From Lytechinus pictus (taxonomy: Eukaryota), in assembly GCF_037042905.1 (NCBI RefSeq), contig NC_087263.1, positions 10,728,001 through 10,792,000 of the forward strand: 64,000 bases of DNA, written 5' to 3'. Both the position numbers and the translations under genes were made by a program. Positions 63,745-64,000 of this stretch are shown here, piece by piece; the stretch's first letter is position 1, and every line of letters begins with the position of its first letter. The notes beneath the pieces were generated by a model. The model was not told the DNA's origin, made no database searches, and saw only the letters and a list, made by a program, of their open reading frames with translations.

Positions 63745-63885
63745 TGTTTTGTGAAATTAAGCAAAACTTTAAAATGTCATAACTCTCTTATTTTACATCC
63801 GATTTTGATGAAATTTTCAGTGTTATGCTTGTTGGATTTTTCTCTTTTTATTCAAATCAACTTCTTGTTGGGGTGGACTTGTCCT
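63745..63885. mobile_element. Right-end fragment of the Kolobok-like element
   Basis: Near-identical to ~3167-3307 and ends GGGGTGGACTTGTCCT|TTAA. Confidence 0.85.
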
Positions 63886-64000
63886 TTAATAAGTAGGCCA
63901 GCCCTATAGATTCGAGATTTTTACTCGCAGTCGACCTGTGCATATAATTTGATAACTATATTCAGTGGCGGGTGCAGGGGAGGAGGGCGGGAGGCACATC

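Overview
AT-rich eukaryotic (animal) genomic DNA with spliceosomal introns. The spicule-matrix-like gene and the repeat repertoire suggest a sea urchin or other echinoderm (inference). Two host protein-coding genes can be assembled, both on the + strand. (1) A BCL2L13/Bcl-rambo-like gene with 6 coding exons at 16053-23960 (523 aa). (2) A two-exon secreted C-type-lectin-domain protein with Pro/Gly/Gln/His-rich repeats at 55078-60615 (418 aa), resembling spicule matrix proteins. A TATA promoter and probable first exon of a third gene point left out of the window at about 1157-1380 (-). The most striking structure is a 7.6 kb palindromic Penelope-like (Neptune-type) retroelement insertion at 33353-40974, set in a (TA)n tract. 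It has two 3422-bp near-identical arms whose RT/GIY-YIG reading frames point outward, each ending in a minimal hammerhead ribozyme, with a hairpin/microhomology at the junction. Second is a 7.3 kb foldback-like non-autonomous element at 3802-11122 (GG termini, 8-bp TSD, Merlin-like). Two different TIR elements are nested in its left arm at the same ATACTCGT motif. Also notable are a diverged duplicate of the start of the last BCL2L13 exon and a decayed hammerhead in a solo pLTR inside a BCL2L13 intron. The rest is MITEs, SINEs, LINE remnants and microsatellites; most short ORFs in the track are spurious.
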